Assembly (NCBI GenBank): GCA_031969975.1
Contig: DALYJI010000033.1
Coordinates: 4,095 to 32,065 of the forward strand
Length of the DNA stretch: 27,971 nt
Direction: 5' to 3'
Source: Coleofasciculaceae cyanobacterium CTOTU46613
Lineage (GTDB): Bacteria; Cyanobacteriota; Cyanobacteriia; Cyanobacteriales; Coleofasciculaceae
This document shows positions 25,501-27,971 of this stretch, piece after piece. The position numbers and the translations under genes were made by a program. Under the pieces are notes generated by a model that did no database searches, was not told the origin of the DNA, and saw nothing but the letters and a program-made list of their open reading frames with translations. Every line of letters begins with the position of its first letter. Position 1 is the stretch's first letter.

Positions 25501-26903
25501 AGCGTTGCCTCGGCTTGCTTGCGATCGCTGATATCGGTGTTAGAGCCTACCATGCGCACGGGGACTCCTCGTTCATCCCATACAGCCTGTCCTCTGCCCA
25601 AAATCCACTTATAACTGCCATCTTTGCACCGCAAGCGATGCTCAACGGCGTAATGGGGAATTTGGCGATCGAGGTAAGCTTGTTTGGTGGTCATCACTCG
25701 GTCGATATCCTCGGGATGGATGCGATCGAGCCATTCATTATTGTTATTTTCTATTTCGTGGTCTTCATAACCCAACATTTCTTTCCAACGGGTGGATCGA
25801 AAGATTTCTCCAGTAATTAGGTTCAAGTCCCATATTCCGTCATTATTGCCCTTGAGGACTAACTGCCAGCGTTCTTCAAGTTGTCGAATGGCAGCCTCTG
25901 CCTGTTTGCGTTCTCGTGCTTCAATGGCTAACGAAACTAAATCTGCCAGGGAGCGGGCGAAGTTCTGGTCTTCTGGCGTCCAGTGACGAGCAGCACCGAC
26001 CTGTTCTAAGCATATAACTCCTGCCGTTTGCCCCTTGATCTGGATGGGCGTATCCAGCATGGAGGCAATGCCTAAGGGGGTCAAATAAGACTCGGAAAAT
26101 TCTCGGGTTCTCGGATCGGTGTGAGCGTCATCTGCTGCGATCAGCTGGTCTTGCTGTAAGGCTTGAAAATAGGTTGGATAGTTTGTTGCTAGCAGTTCAA
26201 TGCCTGCACTATGCTGGTTACCACTCTTCTCAAATAAGTCAAGGCACTTAATTTTACTACCTGTGTCATCATAGATCCATATGCTAGAGCGTTCGACATC
26301 GATATTATAAGCACTAGCTTCTGTAATCTCTTGTAAAGCAGCTGGAAAATTTCCCTGATTTAAAGCTGGACTTTTGGCTAGTTGTGCCAAACTTAGGTTG
26401 TGATTGCGTAGCTTATGGGCACTCTCTGCCAAGGCTTCTTGGGCGCGTTGGCGTTCTGAGATTTCCCGTTGCAGTTGTAGGGTTTGTTCCCGCAGCGATA
26501 ACCGCTGGCGCACGATGGTTAACTGATTTTCTACACGGGCTATGACCTCTTCAATTTGAATTGGTTTGCTAATGTAATCGACACCACCGACGCTAAAGGC
26601 TTTTACCTTATCCAACCCCTCATCGAGCGCACTTAAGAAGATCACCGGAATCTCGCAGGTAGTTTCGCTGGCTTTGAGTTGTTGGCAAACTTCATAGCCA
26701 TTCAGATCGGGCATCATGATATCGAGCAAAATTAGATCTGGCGGATCGCAACGGGCTACAGTCAAAGCTAGTTTGCCGTTAATGACTCGACGAACTTCAT
26801 AGCCGTACTGTGTAAGCAGTGAGGATAGCAGGTGCAAGTTTTCCGGGACATCATCAACGATTAAGATGTCTCCTTTCGGTTGGGAAGTGCGATCGCTAAC
26901 CAT
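22503..26903 (-). CDS. Multi-sensor hybrid histidine kinase: REC - coiled coil - GAF - PAS/PAC x3 - GAF - HisKA - HATPase_c (with an N/Q-rich insert) - REC - conserved C-terminal ~70-aa domain
   Basis: 1466 aa. The N-terminal receiver is ILIVDDVPENL...DLILLDIMMPDLNGYEVCQQLK. PAS/PAC-like segments follow (WDLNLITGEIFRSTRWKEMLGYE; VYRCLCDADWTMAFISSAILEISGY). The H-box is ANMSHELRTPLNAILGF. HATPase motifs are NLLSNAIKFT (N-box), EIEDTGSGI (G1) and GTGLGLPISRKFVQLMGG (G2). The second receiver is RILVVDDRFESRL...IFMDMRMPVMDGYEATRYIK...KIIALTAS. The start ATG at 26903 overlaps the stop of the upstream paralogue by 8 nt. Confidence 0.93.
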   Translation of the reverse strand: MVSDRTSQPKGDILIVDDVPENLHLLSSLLTQYGYEVRRVINGKLALTVARCDPPDLILLDIMMPDLNGYEVCQQLKASETTCEIPVIFLSALDEGLDKVKAFSVGGVDYISKPIQIEEVIARVENQLTIVRQRLSLREQTLQLQREISERQRAQEALAESAHKLRNHNLSLAQLAKSPALNQGNFPAALQEITEASAYNIDVERSSIWIYDDTGSKIKCLDLFEKSGNQHSAGIELLATNYPTYFQALQQDQLIAADDAHTDPRTREFSESYLTPLGIASMLDTPIQIKGQTAGVICLEQVGAARHWTPEDQNFARSLADLVSLAIEARERKQAEAAIRQLEERWQLVLKGNNDGIWDLNLITGEIFRSTRWKEMLGYEDHEIENNNNEWLDRIHPEDIDRVMTTKQAYLDRQIPHYAVEHRLRCKDGSYKWILGRGQAVWDERGVPVRMVGSNTDISDRKQAEATLREREERFRTLVSNIPGAVYRCLCDADWTMAFISSAILEISGYPPNDFINNQVRTFASIIHPDDRHQVQRIVWESVANRQPFLIDYRMMRADGSIAWVYEKGRGIFDATGVLLWLDGVIFDISDKKQAEAALSESEQRFRAIFNSSFQFTAVLQPDGTLLDANQTALDFAGSELSEAVGSPFWETRWWTEPGKRKKTSKYPRKNAPRLSPKQQQLQEAITRAAAGSIVRYEVDIRGAGYTFTTIDFSVKPVLDSSHNVMFLVAEGRDITERKQAEETLRQMAQRERAIAKVIQRMRQTLDIEAIFTATTQELRQVINCDRVVVYRFNPDWSGEFVAESVGGKWISLMRQQHYDATFTENTLEDSLCHVKNLTSIDDLVRDTYLQDTKGGAYRQGVNYLCVPDIYQAEFPSCYVQLLEQFQARAYVTVPIFCRSQLWGLLATYQNSGARQWKTAEINIVVQIGNQLGVALQQAELLEETQRQSTALQQAVYAADAANRAKSEFLANMSHELRTPLNAILGFTQIMNRDSSLSAKHQQYLGIINRAGEHLLDLINDVLEMSKIEAGRIALSENCFSLIHLLDSVKQMFRLRAESKGLKLIFEIAPNLPDYIKTDEGKLRSCLINLLSNAIKFTNKGHVFLRAKLPKNNQQPTTNNQQQTTIIFEIEDTGSGIAPTEIDLLFEPFGQTETGRKSQQGTGLGLPISRKFVQLMGGDISISSILGKGSIFTFNIQVALTEAINVETTPTKCQVTGLAPNQPDYRILVVDDRFESRLVVVALFTSIGFLVREAENGREAIALWATWQPHLIFMDMRMPVMDGYEATRYIKAREQERVRDEEFPTQNSHVTGQASLATITYHQLPRPKTKIIALTASTFEDQRQMILSAGCDDFVGKPFREEVLLEKVSQHLGAIYVWEEQTINTQSASQNTPEMMTSAEIKRYFAQLPTQWVVQLHNAAMACNDELVLGLVAQIPQEYASLIEALKDLVNNFQFEEIIDLTASPE
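23529..23570. repeat. Heptanucleotide microsatellite (GGTTGTT)n, ~6 units, inside the HATPase_c coding region of kinase 22503..26903; it encodes NNQQPTTNNQQQTT on the minus strand
   Basis: Read directly: ggttgtt tgttgtt ggttgtt ggttgtt ggttgtt ggttgtt. The reverse complement AACAACC in a 7-nt register rotates through N-N-Q-Q-P-T-T every three units (21 nt). Confidence 0.9.
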
Positions 26904-27971
26904 TACTTATTAAATCAATTATTTCATCAAGACGGAAATCGTTAACTTTCTGGCCTATCCCTTCAGCTAGAGCCGCATATTCTGAAGGAATTTGCTCAAT
27001 CAGCTTCCAAATGTCTTTTTCTCTAGCCGAAACTGCGGCAGCATAAAGCTTAGCAACCCATTCAGCAGGCATCTGGGCTAAAGCTTCCTTTAAACAGGGT
27101 ACGCTAGGTGATGCTAAATTTGCTTTGAATTCGCCATTGGCCGTTTGGGGTTCATCATGTAAGGGAGCTGGTTCTTCGTAAATATAGTGCACCCCTAAAT
27201 ATTGAGACATTTTCTCCAAAATTTCTTCCTCTCGGAACGGCTTGCGTACAAAATCGTTACATCCAGCAGACAAGGCCAGGTGGTAGTCTTGTTCAAAAGC
27301 GTTAGCTGTCAAGGCGATAATGGTGGTTTGAGGCTGGGGAGTCGTGGGGGACAACTCATGATGTCTAATCTGCTTAGTCGCCTGGTAGCCATCCATCACG
27401 GGCATTCGTATATCCATCCAAATTAGGTGTGGTTGCCAACTTGACCATAAGGCTATAGCATCTTGACCATTTTCCGCTTCTCGCACTGTAAAACCTGCCG
27501 TTGTGAGGAGATGAACTAATAACAGGCGGCTTTCCCAACAATCCTCAACCACCAAGATGCGATAGTTGGGTTGGCGAGGTGCTAGGGCAATTGCTTGACG
27601 CTGGGGTTGTGTGGCCTGAATCTCAGCCGCTTTTCCCAGGCTAACCTGAATATCGAATTGAAAAATCGCTCCTTGGCCTAATTTACACCTTACCGATATA
27701 TCCCCTCCCATCAGTTGCACGAATTTGCGGCTAATGGCTAAGCCTAATCCCGTGCCTTGCTGAGATTTGCGCCCCGTTTCTGTTTGTCCAAAGGGTTCAA
27801 ACAGGAGATCGATTTCTGCCGGAGCAATGCCAGGGCCAGTATCTTCTACTTCAAAGATTATGGTTGTTGGTTGTTGGTTGTTGGTTGTTGGTTGTTGGTT
27901 GGTGGTTGGTGGTTGGTGGTTGTTGGTTGTTGGTTGTTGGTTGTTGGTTGTTGGTTGGTGGTTGTTGGTTG
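26896..27971 (-). CDS. Hybrid histidine kinase, paralogue of 22503..26903 (5'-partial: only the HATPase_c C-terminal part, REC and C-terminal domain lie in the window)
   Basis: The listed ORF 26896..27720 begins at an internal Met. The same frame continues upstream without a stop through 27721..27971: the reverse complement encodes ...EVEDTGPGIAPAEIDLLFEPFGQTETGRKSQQGTGLGLAISRKFVQLMGGDISV preceded by the poly-N/Q/P/T repeat. The REC domain is RILVVEDCWESRL...IWMDIRMPVMDGYQATKQIR...TIIALTAN. The C-terminal ~70 aa are about 50% identical to the C-terminus of the downstream kinase (LAQMPAEWVAKLYAAAVSAREKDIWKLIEQIPSEYAALAEGIGQKVNDFRLDEIIDL vs FAQLPTQWVVQLHNAAMACNDELVLGLVAQIPQEYASLIEALKDLVNNFQFEEIIDL). 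Confidence 0.88.
   Translation of the reverse strand, partial: TNNHQPTTNNQQPTTNNHQPPTTNQQPTTNNQQPTTIIFEVEDTGPGIAPAEIDLLFEPFGQTETGRKSQQGTGLGLAISRKFVQLMGGDISVRCKLGQGAIFQFDIQVSLGKAAEIQATQPQRQAIALAPRQPNYRILVVEDCWESRLLLVHLLTTAGFTVREAENGQDAIALWSSWQPHLIWMDIRMPVMDGYQATKQIRHHELSPTTPQPQTTIIALTANAFEQDYHLALSAGCNDFVRKPFREEEILEKMSQYLGVHYIYEEPAPLHDEPQTANGEFKANLASPSVPCLKEALAQMPAEWVAKLYAAAVSAREKDIWKLIEQIPSEYAALAEGIGQKVNDFRLDEIIDLISNG
27862..27971. repeat. Long heptanucleotide microsatellite of at least 15.7 units, (GGTTGTT)5 (GGTTGGT)3 (GGTTGTT)5 GGTTGGT GGTTGTT GGTTG..., running off the window end. It sits in the equivalent position of the paralogous kinase 26896..>27971.
   Basis: Units were parsed base by base from 27862; every 7-mer is either GGTTGTT or GGTTGGT. 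The minus strand has no stop codon in any frame (only A/C), so the ORF remains open. It encodes a poly N/Q/P/T loop. Confidence 0.9.

Noticed and set aside
22965-25986. Numerous 60-100-aa ORFs on the + strand opposite the histidine kinase genes
   Set aside because: They are embedded antisense within a 1466-aa multi-domain ORF with consistent domain order, and have no independent support.
23529-27971. Heptamer tandem repeats as a CRISPR array or as STRR1-3 elements
   Set aside because: The units are contiguous 7-mers with no spacers (not CRISPR) and lie inside coding sequence. The sequence GGTTGTT/AACAACC does not match the canonical STRR heptamers (CCCCAGT, TTGGTCA, CAACAGT) that I know.
1-27971. 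Search for an IS element, transposase, integrase or tRNA flanking the low-GC islet
   Set aside because: No transposase/integrase-like ORF, terminal inverted repeats, direct-repeat target duplication or tRNA-like cloverleaf could be recognised by eye. The mechanism of acquisition of the islet remains unknown.

Overview
The window is a cyanobacterial chromosomal segment. The evidence is the high density of the HIP1 octamer GCGATCGC: by eye there are more than 30 copies spread across genes and spacers (e.g. 1096, 1121, 3166, 4090, 4244, 4337, 5512, 6177, 6731, 7066, 7116, 8070, 8975, 10276, 12426, 13866, 14499, 14696, 17008, 18915, 20440, 20674, 23117, 24545, 26890).

I can support 15 protein-coding genes and no rRNA, tRNA, CRISPR array or transposase. 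From left to right:
- Two secreted-type RTX / hemolysin-type Ca-binding repeat proteins. The first is 5'-truncated by the window edge and carries near-identical 243-bp tandem repeats.
- A family-1 (GT4) glycosyltransferase fused to a degenerate parvulin (PpiC-type) domain, followed 4 bp later by an unknown ORF.
- A co-directional minus-strand block: class-V PLP aminotransferase, a full-length eukaryote-like MAJOR VAULT PROTEIN (878 aa), a SIMPL/DUF541 periplasmic protein, and a UvrD/PcrA helicase.
- A Hanks-type Ser/Thr kinase fused to WG beta-propeller repeats.
- An SGNH/GDSL hydrolase.
- A methylthioadenosine phosphorylase (MtnP).
- A roughly 1.7-kb low-GC, HIP1-free islet carrying a DUF262 (ParB/GmrS-like)-HNH nuclease fusion, a type-IV-restriction-like defence candidate, closed by a bidirectional terminator.
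- A 1046-aa multi-TM protein made of about eight roughly 100-aa helical repeats.
- Two tandem, overlapping (8 nt) paralogous multi-sensor hybrid histidine kinases. Each carries a GGTTGTT/GGTTGGT heptanucleotide microsatellite inside its HATPase domain: about 6 units in one, at least 16 and running off the window in the other. The microsatellite encodes an N/Q/P/T-rich loop.

The most notable items are the bacterial vault-protein gene, the foreign-composition nuclease islet, the non-triplet microsatellites in the kinases, and the unknown repeat membrane protein.

All annotations come from reading the translated ORFs and remembered family motifs. No database search was run.
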